Shown here: positions 1-13,060 of the stretch, piece after piece
Layout of the letters: each line of letters starts with the position of its first letter
Numbering within the stretch: the first letter of the stretch is position 1
Assembly (NCBI RefSeq): GCF_009914755.1
Contig: NC_060936.1
Direction: 5' to 3' (one strand)
DNA length: 64,000 nt
Source: the human T2T-CHM13v2.0 reference genome, Homo sapiens
Notes under the pieces: model-generated
Databases searched by the model: none
Told to the model about the DNA's origin: nothing
Seen by the model: only the letters and a program-made list of their open reading frames with translations
Made by a program: the position numbers and the translations under genes

Positions 1-681
1 GTACAGATGTCTATTATATATATTTTAAGAAGTAAAAAACCAAGCACACGTGTATGGTTTACATTTGTCAGTGCATGAAAAACTGCCAAGTGGGATGGCT
101 TATGGGAGTTGGGATGAAGGGAACTTTGTATTTTTTTTTTTTTTTACAGTATATTACATCTATATTACATTACTCGAGAAATACAAAATATGTTAAAATT
201 TTAAACATCTATTTATTGGTCCTTTTGGAGGTTGGTTGGGGAAGAGCATTCTGTGAACTAGACTAGTCACCAGAGCAAAGGAAGAGACTGGGTTTCTTGA
301 GGTTTCATTAGAAGAGGTGGGATTTGACTGGGTCTTAAAGGGTGGGGAGGAGATTTTGAGGAGGCAGTGGGGACAGATGAGCATACTTGGGTTTGGAGCA
401 AAATGTAGAATAGAGTGAGATTCGATTTAGAGAAAAGAGAGAACAATATTGTTTGAAAAGACGTAAGCTATATTGGGGCAAATCTTACAGGGTTTTAAAG
501 AGAGTGACAAGATTGTACCTTAAAACAGGATGTTTTTAAGAAAAGAAGAAGTAAGGGAACTATTGTTTTATAAAAATGACTCTGGAAATAGCAGATTGGG
601 TATTTCTAGTGGGTATATGGGCAAGGGGAGGGAGAAGGACAGAACACCCTAAATCAAGAATGGCCCGTATACAAAAGTTAA

Positions 682-835
682 TTTTCTTTTAAAGATGATG
701 TCTTGCTATGTTGCCCAGGCTGGAGAGCAGTGGCTATTCACAGTTGTGATCATTGTGCACTCATGGGCTCAAGCAATCCTTCTGACTCAGCCTCCCGAGT
801 AGCTGGAACTACAGGGACATGCCTCCATGCCTGGC
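682..835 (-). mobile_element. FAM (fossil Alu monomer, 7SL-derived)
   Basis: Single monomer containing the 7SL/FAM-diagnostic agtggctattcacag. Confidence 0.7.
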
Positions 836-3061
836 TAAGTGAAAGTTGAATTTTAATGGGAAATATGAGTTAAGATTTGAACATCTGGAGTTTGAAATTC
901 CATCATGACCCACATTATCCTTAATTTTCTCATTGTATAAATGGATAAAATAATAATACCTATCTTATCAGGTTTTTAGGAGAATAACAATAATAATAGG
1001 TAACACTTACCTGGTAGGTTATACTTTTTATGTACCAAGCACTACTCTAAGCACCTTAAATATTTCAACCTAGATTAATCCCATATTACGATGAGGAATC
1101 TGAGGCACAAGGAGGCTAAGTAACTTTCCCAGGATCACACAGATCATGTGTGTCAGACTCAGAATTTGAACTCAGGCAGGTGCAGCTCCAGGGCCAGTAT
1201 CTTCAGCCTCTTCATAGTCCTACCTCTGGCATGGTTCTGTACTTGGGGTGTTAAAAGCCAGTATGAACTGTTAGTTGACATTATTCATATGAAGATGTTA
1301 AGCAAGAATTTAGAAATTTAGGCTTGGAGTTTAGGCCAAAGCCTGGACTAATGGATCATCTCTATAGGGCTGTTATGTAAAGAGTGAGAATGGTTGAGCT
1401 CCCCGAACAAGAGTATGTAGAGTAAAAAGAGAAGCAAGCATACAGTCTTCAGGGGACTCCTGATATTTAGAAATGGTCAGGCAAAAAAGAAGTTAGGAGA
1501 GGAGATAGAGCAGGATCTGCAGAGAAGTGGAGGATGATGGTGGCCAAGGGAAGAAGCACAACGTAAGTGAACTAATCATGCCATCCAGTGCAACAGACTC
1601 GTTACAAAGCTGTATCCAACAGACTGTCCCTGGTCCTGCTGTCAGGTCAGTTCATGAACCTGGAATCCAGAATGCAAAAAATTGAGGACTACACGGGGGC
1701 TGATGAACTGCAGGTGGCCTGGTTAGTTCATCCTTTCAAGGAACTGATCCGAGAGAGACATGGTAGATAGCTTGGGTTTGAGGAAGGCTCAGGTAGAGAG
1801 GAGGATATTAAAAGAAGAAAAAGGGAGGAAGGAATGAGTGCATGGTCCAGGGTAGAGAGATGGGGCTAGACCCAAAATCAAGTGGAGGGCAGTGGGTTAG
1901 CCTCGAAATCCATAAGAACCCTTCTTCTGATGCGATGGAAGAGAGGATAGGGGAAATGGAAAAAAAAAAGATGTGATCAGAAGGGATACGAATTGAGTAA
2001 GTTCACTGCAGGCGGTCTGCATTGATTTATCAGTAGAGTAAGAAGCAGTGAAAGGAAATTCACAGACAAGTAACTCAGGCTCCTGAGAGGATGGCTCTGG
2101 GGATTATTGTCATGGAGGAAAAATTTGAAAGAATGACAGAAGTCTCTCATCTGAACAATACAAACTGACACATTTGCCAGAATGTGTCTCGAGGCAGGAA
2201 GTTGGTTTATTGAAGTGGAAAGTAGTGGTTATAAAAAAAAAAAAGAGAATGAAATTAGACAAAGGGAAACTTGACTGTCTTTGAAGGAGGAATTTTTAGA
2301 CAACCAGACTTGATGGTTCACAGGCCAACTTCTTGGGGGAAACCTGAGCTCTGAGTGGTGAGAGACAACTGGTTTTGGAGCCCACAGCTAGGGTTTGGTT
2401 AAAACAGATACATCAAAGCACCAGGAAATACTCTGTAGAAAGGAGTTGTCCAACAGAGACAGCACTGGATTAAATTCTCCTCCTGATAAGGTGGTCTCTG
2501 ATCTTCAGTTTACTTATTTCTAGAAAGATCTTTAGTTGAAAAGACATAGGCTTGTGGCATTTCAGCAGATTTGTTGTGGTAATGACATTAGGGGTATGTG
2601 AGAAAAGGATTGAAGAATGCAATGATTAAGAATGTGGTACTGAAAACCACTACCCCATCAGTCCATTGGTGGGTCTTATGGTGGTTGCTTTGAAAGATGT
2701 CAGTAAAGGCTTGTTCAAGTGTGTACAGTATAAATTGATAGGCATAATATTCTTGAGTTCAATGGTTTTCAGCTGGGCCAACTATAGAATCCGTGGAGCC
2801 TGTTGCAAAATGAAAATGTGTGACCCCTTATTCAAAAGGCAAGAAAAAAGTGCTGTTAAAGGTACTAAAATATGAAGCTTCTTTCCTTTCTCATACAGTT
2901 TTTTTCTCTTGACTTGTCATAGTATTGGCTACTTGTCATTCTATGTGAAGAAAAATTAAAAATTAAAATTACAGCATGAATTCAATTTAAAAATTAAAAA
3001 ACTAAGCATTGAAGTTTTTAGCATGAATTTACTCTTCATCTTTTTATTATACAATGTTGTT

Positions 3062-3369
3062 TTTGTTGTTGTTGTTGTTTGTTTTGTTTTGTTTTGTTTT
3101 TTGAGACAGGATCTCACTCTGTCACCCAAGCTACAGCGAGGTGGTGTGGTCACGGCTCATTGCAGCTTCTACTTTCTGGGCTCAGGTGATCCTCCCCCTC
3201 AGCTTCCCAAGTAGCTGGAACTACAGATGCGTGCCTGGCAATTTTTTTTTGTAGAGACAGGATCTCACCATGTTGCTCAGGCTGGTCTTGAAATCCTGGA
3301 CTCGAGCAATCCTCTTGCCTTGGCTTCCCAAGATGCTGGTATTGCAGGCGTGAGCCACTGCGCCCAGTG
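3062..3369 (-). mobile_element. AluJ-like element with (GTT)n/(GTTTT)n tail
   Basis: Alu dimer motifs in reverse orientation. Confidence 0.9.
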
Positions 3370-3946
3370 CAATGCTGGCTTTAAATGAAAATATAGAGCA
3401 TTGAACTCATATGCAGAATTACTGAAGTTGTCGACGCATATGTATATTGTTATGAGAACAGTAGAAACACTGCACAAAACTAAACTACTTTTATTTCACT
3501 TCTTGACATGTGCACATTCTACTGACACCTACCTACCTTTGGCTTATGATGTGTAATGAAAGACTGAAAGGAGAAGCAACTATGAGTTGCCTTATCTTTC
3601 CTTTTCCTTTTGTGCCGTCATTTTCAGCATAAGTGGTTGGCTAATATGGTTAAGTAACATGAGAAAGAGATAAAACGCTAAGCCTCCTTGGTCATTTGTG
3701 TTTCTTAGAAAGACATTTCTGTATGCAATCAAGTTCTGGTTCAAATGGAAGTCATTGCCTCTTTGGGCAGTCAGCACCCACCTGCCTGCTTACTCAGTTG
3801 TATTGGTAACACACTTACCTTGCACTCGCTTGAAGTCTTGCTGAACTCCCACGCACCAGGAGTTCACGGGAATTCTGAGCTCATGGTGCATTGGGAAAAC
3901 TGTGTGAATAGAGAGGCCAGGAATGGTGGCTGTACATATTACGTGG

Positions 3947-4357
3947 TATGTTAGGCTGTTTTGCATTGCTATATAGGAAAACTAGGACTGGATAATTTAT
4001 GAAGAAAAAAGGTTTATTTGGCTCACGGTTCTGCAGGCTGTACGTGAAGCATAGTGCCAGCATCTGCTTCTGGCGAGGCCCCCAGGAAGCTTCCGATCAT
4101 GGCAGAAGGCAAGGGGAACCAGCTTGTCACACGGTGAGATAGGGAGCAAGAGAGACAGAAGGGAGAGGCCCCAGACTCTTAAACAACCAGATCTCCCATG
4201 AACGAATTGAGCAAGATTCACCAAGGGGAATGGCGCTAAACCATTCATGAGGGATCCGCCCCCACGATCCAGTCACCTCCCACCAGGCCCCACCCCCAAC
4301 AGTGGGAATCTCATTTCAACATGCGATTTGGAGGGGCCAAACATCCAAATCATATCA
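3947..4357 (-). mobile_element. MSTA/MSTB (ERVL-MaLR) solo LTR
   Basis: ggtttatttggctcacggttctgcaggctgtac..catggcagaaggcaagggg..acatccaaatcatatca. Confidence 0.85.
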
Positions 4358-4698
4358 CATCGTTCTCCTCTGCTCACTTGTGGGCTCCATTGTCCCATTG
4401 GACCTGACTTACAAAACGCAAATTCAAAATTATTATCATTCTCAAGATGGTGACAGTAGAGTATTAAACCAACTGTGGGTCTTTTCTGAGCATGGGGTCC
4501 TGTGTTACTGCCCAGGTCACAGGTCCATGAAGATGTCTCAGAAGTCAAAGAGCTCACTTTTGAGGCTAAGTTTCCCTTGGTCCTAACGTCTCAGCTTCAT
4601 TATTAAAGTTTGCAATGTAACAGGTTTGTGGGTGGTAGCCTAGGGGACTCTCTTCTGGTCATCAGCAAGGTCATTTTTGCCTTTCAATAATTTTTTAA

Positions 4699-5101
<403 letters not shown>

Positions 5102-6540
5102 CCCCGTTTCCTTATTCTGCACCTTACTGCCAGACAAATTTTCCAAGTAAGTTTGGTTCCAGGCCACCCTGCCTACTCCAAAGCTTTCTTTGACCTCCTG
5201 TGAGCCATGGCTTACAGCAGAGTTCTCATCCTGTGTTCCCGGGGTGGAGACTGCATGGAGACAGGGTTGGTTTGGCCTGCGTGTTATTAATAAAGAAGTT
5301 TCAGCCAACACTTGCTTTGGGAGGGTTTACTTACTGAAATTCACCTATTGAAATTCAGATTTTAAAAAGAGGTCTGGCCACTGTGGGCTCTTGTTTCCTT
5401 GTCCTGCGCTGGTGCCTTAAAGAACAAGATGGACTGGGCATGGGGAGAAAGATGCCCAGTCCATCTTGTTCTTGGGTTTACTCTTAAGGCAGAGTGATTC
5501 TTTGCTGTGGCAAAATCTTCACTTTTAGCTATGTAAATGGAAAGCAGGTATCTGGCTATTCTTAAGAATGGTGTGAAGCAACCTGAATGTTGATCTTTTA
5601 GTCTGAGAAATTAAATTCCCCGTTCATAACGGAAATTGGGTGTATGCTTTGTAGCAGCCTTTGGTTGCTTTTTTTAGGAGAAATATTTCTTAAGTCTCGC
5701 CTGGCTATTATTACCACTGTATCATCTTGTGACCTCATCTGATCTTGACCTTTCTCCAAGCTTGCCTTTCCCTGCTCTTCTGTGCAGAGGACTCCGGCTC
5801 CAATCCCTGGATGGCTTTAAGTCCAGCAAACCTTTCTGTTTTTCCTATCGCTCTTCTCTTTGCTTAACCTCTCCTCTTTCCTCCAGACCCACTTAAAAGC
5901 AGTTCATCAGGAAAACTTAGCTGACAGTCTCAGTCAGAACTCACTCGTGCAGGAACTTTGCAGGAAGCAGGTAATCAAATTTTGGGGTTTTAACTGCTCA
6001 AGTACCAATTCGGTGGTGAGTTAAGGTTGTCTTTGAAGGTTCCTTCCAGCCCAGTGATTTTGAGATCTGGCATCTACTTGTTATTTGAAATTGTACTTTG
6101 TGATAGGAACTTTACTTGCAGTATCTCAGTTAATTATGACGTAGCACTAGCATTACCTCCATTTTACAGATGAGGAAACTGAGAATTTTTTCCAACACTG
6201 ACTCTCAAAATGGCTCTTTTCTGGATTTGTCTTATTTCTTCAAATAGATTATGGACTAGTTGAAGACCATGACTGCCTTTGTTGACAATGCTTGCTACCT
6301 GGTAGGAACTCAGTAAATATGTGATGAGATGATTGGTTCATTCAACCAATATGCATTAGGCCTATACCAGGCTCCATGGAGATGCAAAGATGCCCCAGCT
6401 AGAAAATGCAGTATTAGTTATACTCTAAGCTTGGCCTCCTACCTGGGCACGAAAGTAGTATGGAATGGTGGATCTTGGGCTCTGGAGTTAGATGGACCTC
6501 ATTTGTCAAATAGGGGCAGTAATACTGTATACTTTTGTAG

Positions 6541-6759
6541 CAGTAGTTTTCAATTGCAGTGATTTTGACCTGTAGCAGTCATTTGGCAATGTCAAGAGAC
6601 ATTTTTTGTGTCACAACCTGGGGGTGGGGGTGCTGCTGGCATTTGGTGGGTACGTTCCAGGGATGTGGCTAACCATCCTACAATGCACAGGACAGCCCCC
6701 CACCAATGAAGAATTATCCTGCCTCTAAGTATCAGTAGTGCTGAGGTTGAGAAATGCTG
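6541..6759 (+). mobile_element. MER20 (hAT-Charlie) DNA transposon
   Basis: catttggcaatgtc..catcctacaatgcacaggacagcccc..gctgaggttgagaaa. Confidence 0.9.
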
Positions 6760-7737
6760 CTTTAAAGAGTTGTGAAGATGAAACAAGATAATGACTGCAA
6801 AGAGTTTGGTGTAGTTAGCTGTTACTCCAAGAAAGCCATCCCAAAGACTGCAAAATCATACTTTGAAAGGCAAACACCAAAAGGCTTAATTTCATCAGCA
6901 TCAGTGATTCTTGCCAGTGAGAAGCCTTATGCTAAGGATTTCATGCTGTCCTGTTTAGGAGTGGTGACAGACTCACTGGAGATTGTTTATGTTACACTGT
7001 GTACTACCATGAGCTGGCGTGGGTTTATCAGAGCTGTAAAAGCCATTATTAGTTTTTAGGATATTCCTGGTAAACTTCCTGCTTGCTTTACTAGTTTGTT
7101 CTGTGGAGATAATTTTGGTGTGCGGGTTTAAATCTTCTGATGGAAAATGTTTTGACTATCAAATTCCCAAAACCTGTTTTGATACGTGAGACATGAAACG
7201 TTTTGGTTTTCACATCAAGAAGCCCTATGTTTTTCTAGCCTTGGATTTTAAACAAAGCAGCTTTCCCCACTGTTTACTGCCTTACCTGCCTATCTGTGGG
7301 AGTAGAAGGGTGGAGAGCTAGCTGCTGGATTTCCATCTATTGTTTATTGTGGATTTATATTTGAAATTGTTACACTTTTTTTGTAATTATAAAGGTAATA
7401 TATGTATCTTATAGAAAATTTGAGTAACATAGAAAAAATAGAGAAGACACAGTTAAAAAAAAGGCATCAGTAATACTTTCACATGAAGGTATAATTAGCT
7501 TTGGTGTGTTGGTGTGTTTTCTTCTTTTTCTATTCCTATATTTTTTCCATAGATGAAATATTCTGCGTATGTAATTTTGTGTCCCACTATTTTTAAAACT
7601 TCACATTGTTTTATTTTCATTTCCTTACACTACTAAAATGTCTGTAAATATTTCTAAGGACTGTAAAACATTCCATCTGTGGGTGTTTCATTATTTAATC
7701 CCATTGTAAAAATATAAAATATAGCCTATTTTCAATT

Positions 7738-8201
7738 TTTTTTTTTTTTTAGAGACAGGGTCTTCCTCTGTCACCCAGGCTGGAGTGATGTGATTATAGC
7801 TTACTGCAGCCTCAAAATGCTAGGCCCAAGTGATCCTCCTGCCTCAGCCTCCCATGTAGTAGGATTATAGGCATGTGCCACCATGTCTGGCTAATTTTTT
7901 TTTTTTTGTAGAGACTCTGTCTCAAAATATCAGTAGTACTGAGGTTGAGAAACGCTGCCTTGAAGGGTTGTAAAGATGAAACAAGATAATGAATGCAAAG
8001 AGTTTGGCGTAGTTAGCTGGTACCCCGAGAAAGCCATCCCAAAGACTGCAAAATCATCCTTTGAAAGGCAAACACCAAAAGTCTTAATTTCATCAGCATC
8101 AGTGATTCTTGCCAGTGACCCTGTCTCTACAAAAAAAAAAAAAAGTGATCTTCAGCCTCACAAAGTGTTGGGATTACAGGCATGGGCTATTGCACCCAGC
8201 C
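7738..8201 (-). mobile_element. AluJ-like element disrupted by a templated insertion
   Basis: Alu halves at 7738-7915 and 8145-8201; TSD tattttcaatttt at 7727-7739 and 8202-8214. Confidence 0.85.
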
Positions 8202-9756
8202 TATTTTCAATTTTGACGAGCATTTGTGCATTCAGTATTTTCTGTATTTCAGATCATTCCTGTCTATAAAATAGATGATCACATGTGGAACAAAAGGATT
8301 GGATATGTGTGGATATTTTGATTAGTATTGTTGTCAGCTGCCCCAAAGCTTCTACTAATTTTTGCTCCTGTTAGCACAGTGATGTTCTCATATTAGTAGC
8401 ATTTGATAATTTTCTAGGAGAAAATAAATTTTGTTTTTCTTTTTAATGTATTTGATATTATTGAGCTAAATCATGTTCATATGACTATTGGCTGTTTCTT
8501 AACAAACTGTTCATGTTCTCTGCCCATTTATTGGGAATTAGTATTTTTCTCATTTGTCATAAACTCTAGTTCGTGTATTTCACTTATGTATCCTCTATCA
8601 TAGTTGCTGCAAATATTTTCACCTGCTGTTTCTAATTTTTTAATTCGGTTTGTCTTTTATTTTTGTTAGTGATATGGAGGTTTAAAATATTTATGCAGGC
8701 TAATCTATTGATTGTCTTTTGCACTTGCGGTTCTCCAACTTTCCTCTGTCTATACTAAAATGAACCCTTACTGCTCTGGAAGTCTCTATTCTGAATAATC
8801 AGTGTTTAAAATTATATCCCAAAGTAGGGTATCACAGGGTTTCCTGATGAGGATAAATGGGCCTGAAGTGCTTATGGGCACCCACTATGTATCATGGGAA
8901 AACTTGCACGTGTGTGTGTGTGTGAGAGAGAGAGAAAAAAAAAAATAGAGAAAGTTGGTGAGAAAAGGGGAGGCTGTTTTTGGGCCGAGGGTTGTTTGTT
9001 TGGCTTTTTCATTTCTTTTCCCTTGATAGAAGTGAGCTTACTGAAGGCAGCGGGGCTTCCATAGATTCCTGAAACATCTGAGTGACTGAAACCAGCGGCT
9101 TGCTGAGCGAGCTGTGACTACACCTGGCAAGGGGTGTGTTAGGCATGTGTTGAGTCTGTGAGAAGGCAGGCGGAGCAGAGACTCAGGCCACATCCCATCC
9201 AGTTCTCACCCCTTAAGTTTTGCTCTTTGAGGCTGCAGGCTGTTGCTCAGCCTCACCCAGGTTGAGTCCTGTGGGAGGACTCATAGGAGCCCACAGCCCT
9301 ATTGCAGCTCACCAGCTGCACTAACTGTAGCTTGAAGACGAAGGTAACAACTAGCACTTACCTGGCACTTAGCTGTTTTGCAAAACCCTTTCACTAGGGC
9401 TTTTATAGATGCTTCTCACCTCAACCTTATGAGCTTAAATACTGTTTCCATCTCCATTAATTTGGAGGAAACCACCACTCAATAGATGCATCATTAAAAT
9501 CCAGAGCTTCCGACTCCAGGGCTGACCTGCTCTACTTCAGAAAGAATTCCATCATTGTGTTTTCTGGTCGTAGTTTCTTGGTGGTACTATTAGGCAGAGG
9601 GTGGCACCAACTGTTTTAGGTTTTGGAGTCAGACATATCTTGACTGGAATCCCTACATAGCCCTATCTTGGCACTGTGACTTTGTTACTTACCCATCCTG
9701 AACCCTGGTTTTCTCATCTGTAAAATGGAAATAACAATGTGTACCTTGTAGGAATA

Positions 9757-10067
9757 TGGTAGACCCTCTGGATCTGAGGGTTCCACATCTGGGGATTCAA
9801 CCAATAGCAGATGGAAAATATTTGAAAAAACAAAATAACCATACAACAATAAAAATACAAATAAAAAATACAATGCAACAACTATTTACATAGCATTTAC
9901 GTTGTATTAGGTCTTAAGTAATCCAGAGATGATTTAAAGTATATGAGAGAATGGGAAGATGTGTGTAGGTTATATGTGAATATGTAAGGAACTTTAGCAT
10001 CTGCGGATTTGGGTATGTGTGTGGGTATCCTGGAAACCAATTCCCCATGGATACTGAGGGACAACTG
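9757..10067 (-). mobile_element. MER2 (TcMar-Tigger) DNA transposon
   Basis: ggattcaaccaa..actatttacatagcattta..ggatactgagggacaactg, flanked by TA. Confidence 0.85.
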
Positions 10068-10084
10068 TATTAAAAAGATTAAGT

Positions 10085-10163
10085 TGAGATTGGTGCAAAA
10101 GTAATTGCGGTTTTTGCCATTACTTGCAATGCCAAAACAGCAATTAATTTTGCGCCCACCTAG
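10085..10163. mobile_element. MADE1 (Hsmar1-derived MITE)
   Basis: ttggtgcaaaagtaattgcggtttttgccatt; ~80-bp palindromic structure. Confidence 0.9.
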
Positions 10164-11551
10164 TATATGCAAGATGCCTAGTGCAGCACCACTGTGCTCA
10201 TTCATTGTAGAAGCTCAGTAATGATTGTTTCTGAATCTCAAAGCTGAAAATGCTGCTGTTCTTTTTTTGTTTGTTTAAAAGTTTTAGAATTGCTGGTAGA
10301 TCTGCACAGACGGGAAATTCTAGTGAATATCACTATATTTAGATGCTAGAAACACTTCTTTATCTGATCTATTTATTTTTCTGTTGAGTAGACTTTCTTT
10401 TCTGTTGTGGATAAGTCATCTGCATCTCTCAAATCCTTATGCTTAGAGAATTGCGTGATGACTCCTCAGCTTAGGATTGTGCTCGTAGGCAAAACATGTT
10501 TTGTCTACGTGTTCATGTAAAAAGCACAGACGGCTCTCTTGAAGGGCAATAACCCTTCTCTTACACATAGTTGAGATTTTTGGCATCATTCATGGAGTTG
10601 TTACTTGCCTAGGCTTCATAAACATTCAGGTACCAGAGCAACATTAAAAAAGAAGATTGTAGAAACTCATGAGAAAAGACAAATCTGTTACATAACCCAG
10701 GGGAGGCAAGTTGCTAAGTAAATTTTTATTTTTCATCCCATCTAAAAGTTAGGTTAGATTTGATGGGTCTTTACGCCAGACCTTGTTCAACCACATAAAA
10801 AAAACTCCCTGAAATTAAATCATTTTTGCCTGAAGAATTTCAACATGAGGTTGTCTTGCCATTGAATGTATAATGTGTGTTTATTTAGGCTTTTTCATTT
10901 TAATAAATTGAGCCAAGTAACTACTATAAATACTTTAATTTAGAATTATAATCCAATGCAGTCTTTTTTCTATGGAGTTAAAAATACCCTTTGGGAATCC
11001 TCTTTAAATGTGTCCTGGACCTTCTTATTTTTTTATCCCTGCTACCATGGTTGCATTTTCAATAAGAAATCAACTTAGTATTAGAATATGAAGTTATGCT
11101 AATGTAAGTGGGGCTTTATTGGGTTAAGGGTTAACATTCTTACATCTGTTCTGGGAACTTTAGATCCGTTGCCCTATGGTTTTTTCATTTTTTCCACCTT
11201 TTGGTAGGAAGGGAGAGACAATGAGGAGAAAGTCTTTTTTATATGATTTATACAAGTTTATAAATTAGAGTTTTAATATAATTCACGCCATGTATATGCT
11301 TCACCTAAAACATAGATACAGTTAAGGTCAGTGATTATGTGAAATTTACATGATTTCTAAGTTTCCTGTCATGTTTAGAGTTCAAGGATCAAATTGAGCA
11401 TACCGTTGGCTAAATCTTATAACGTTTGCAAGCTGAGTGCAGGACGTTGTGAAATGCCTCACCCAATTGTAATAGTCAGTAGGAAATTCTTTTCCTAAAA
11501 TTTCAAGCCTGTTGCTTGTCTTTTTTTCCCAGCCCCCCACCCCACCCCTGC

Positions 11552-11854
11552 TTTTTTTTTTTTTTTTTTTAAGACAAGGTCTCACTCTGTTGTCCAGGCT
11601 GGAGTGCAGTGTCGTGATCATAGCTCACTGCAGCCTCAACCTCCAGGCTCAAGCTATCCTCCCACCTAAGCCTCTCAAGTAGCTGGGATTACAGATGCAC
11701 ACCACCATGCCCAACTAATTTTTTGATTTTTTAATTAGACATAAGGTCTGGCTGTATTATCCAGGCTGGTCTCAAACTCCTGGGCTCAAGTGATCCTTCT
11801 GTCTCAGCCTCCCAAAGTGCTGAAATTATAGGCATGAGCCATCATGTCCCCCCT
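11552..11854 (-). mobile_element. AluJ element
   Basis: Alu dimer with J-type atcatagctcactgcagcctc. Confidence 0.9.
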
Positions 11855-11998
11855 GATTTTTAAATTTGCAGCCAAAGTGGACATTTGGAGGCAGAGGTGT
11901 TTGTGGTGATAATGGTTAGGAGAGAATGGACAAACAAACTTGGTACTGACTTGACTATTAACTGACAGGATACAAAGGACTAAAAAATATGCCTAGTG

Positions 11999-13060
11999 AT
12001 GGGCAAAGACTTCATGACTAAAACACCAAAAGCAATGGCAACAAAAGCCAAAATTGACAAATGGGATCTAATTAAACTAAAGATCTTCCGTACAGCAAAA
12101 TAAACTGTCGTCGGAGTGAACAGGCAACCTACAGAATGGGAGAAAAGTTTTGCAATCTATCCATCTGACAAAGGACTAATATCTCGAATCTACAAAGAAC
12201 TTCAACAAATTTACAAGAAAAAGACAAACAACCCCATCAAAAAGTGTGCAAAGGATGTGAACAGACACTAATCAAAAGAAGACATTTATGTGGTCAACAA
12301 ACATATGAAAAAAAGCTCATCATCACTGATCATTAGAGAAATGCAAATGAAAACCACAATGAGATACCATCTCACGCCCGTTAGAATCGCAATCATTAAA
12401 TAGTCTGGAAACAACAGATGCTGGAGAGGATGTAGAGAAATAGGAACGCTGTTGGTGGGAGTGTAAATTAGTTCAACCATTGTGGAAGACAGTGTGGCGA
12501 TTCCTCAAGGATCTAGAACTAGAAATACCATTTGACCCAGCAATCCCATTACTGGGTATATACCCAAAGGATTATAAGTAATTTTACTATAAAGATACAT
12601 GCACACGTGTGTTTATTGCAGCACTATTCACAATAGCAAAGACTTGGAACCAACCCAAATGCCCATCAATGATAGACTAGATAAAGAAAATGTGGCACAT
12701 ACACAACATGGAATACTATGCAGCCATAAAAAAGAATGAGTTCATGTCCTTTCAGGGACATGGATGAAGCTGGAAACCATCATTCTCAGCAAACTAACAC
12801 AGGAACAGAAAACCAAACACCACATGTTCTCACTCATAAGTGGAAGTTGAACAATGAGAACATATGGGCACAGGGAGGGGAACATCACACATTGGGGCCT
12901 GTTGGAGGGGTGGGGGGCAAAGGGAGGGATAGCATTAGGAGAAATACCTAATGTAGATGACGGGTTGATGGGTGCAGCAAATCACCATGGCACATGTATG
13001 CCTATGTAACAATCCTGCACGTTCTGCACGTGTATCCCAGAACTTAAGTATAATAAGAAA
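11999..13060 (+). mobile_element. 5'-truncated L1PA (approximately L1PA7/8): ORF2 3' end and 3'UTR
   Basis: Typical L1 3' sequence with disrupted ORF2 and A-rich tail; TSD aaaaata(t/a)gcctagtgat at 11983-12000 and 13061-13078. Confidence 0.92.

Larger units (their letters stand above)
2770..4540 (-). mobile_element. MER45-family (hAT-Tip100) DNA transposon, interrupted by an Alu and an MST LTR
   Basis: Ends resemble MER45 termini (tgcaaaatgaaaatgtgtgaccccttattcaaaa; tcaagatggtgacagtagagtattaaacc...ccatgaag). Confidence 0.65.

Noticed and set aside
6772-8269. Two similar ORFs beginning MKQDN(D/E)CKEFGVVS
   Set aside because: They are a by-product of the local 200-bp duplication; there is no splice or coding evidence, and the second runs into Alu sequence.
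11999-13060. L1 ORF2 as a functional CDS
   Set aside because: It is 5'-truncated with stops and deletions.
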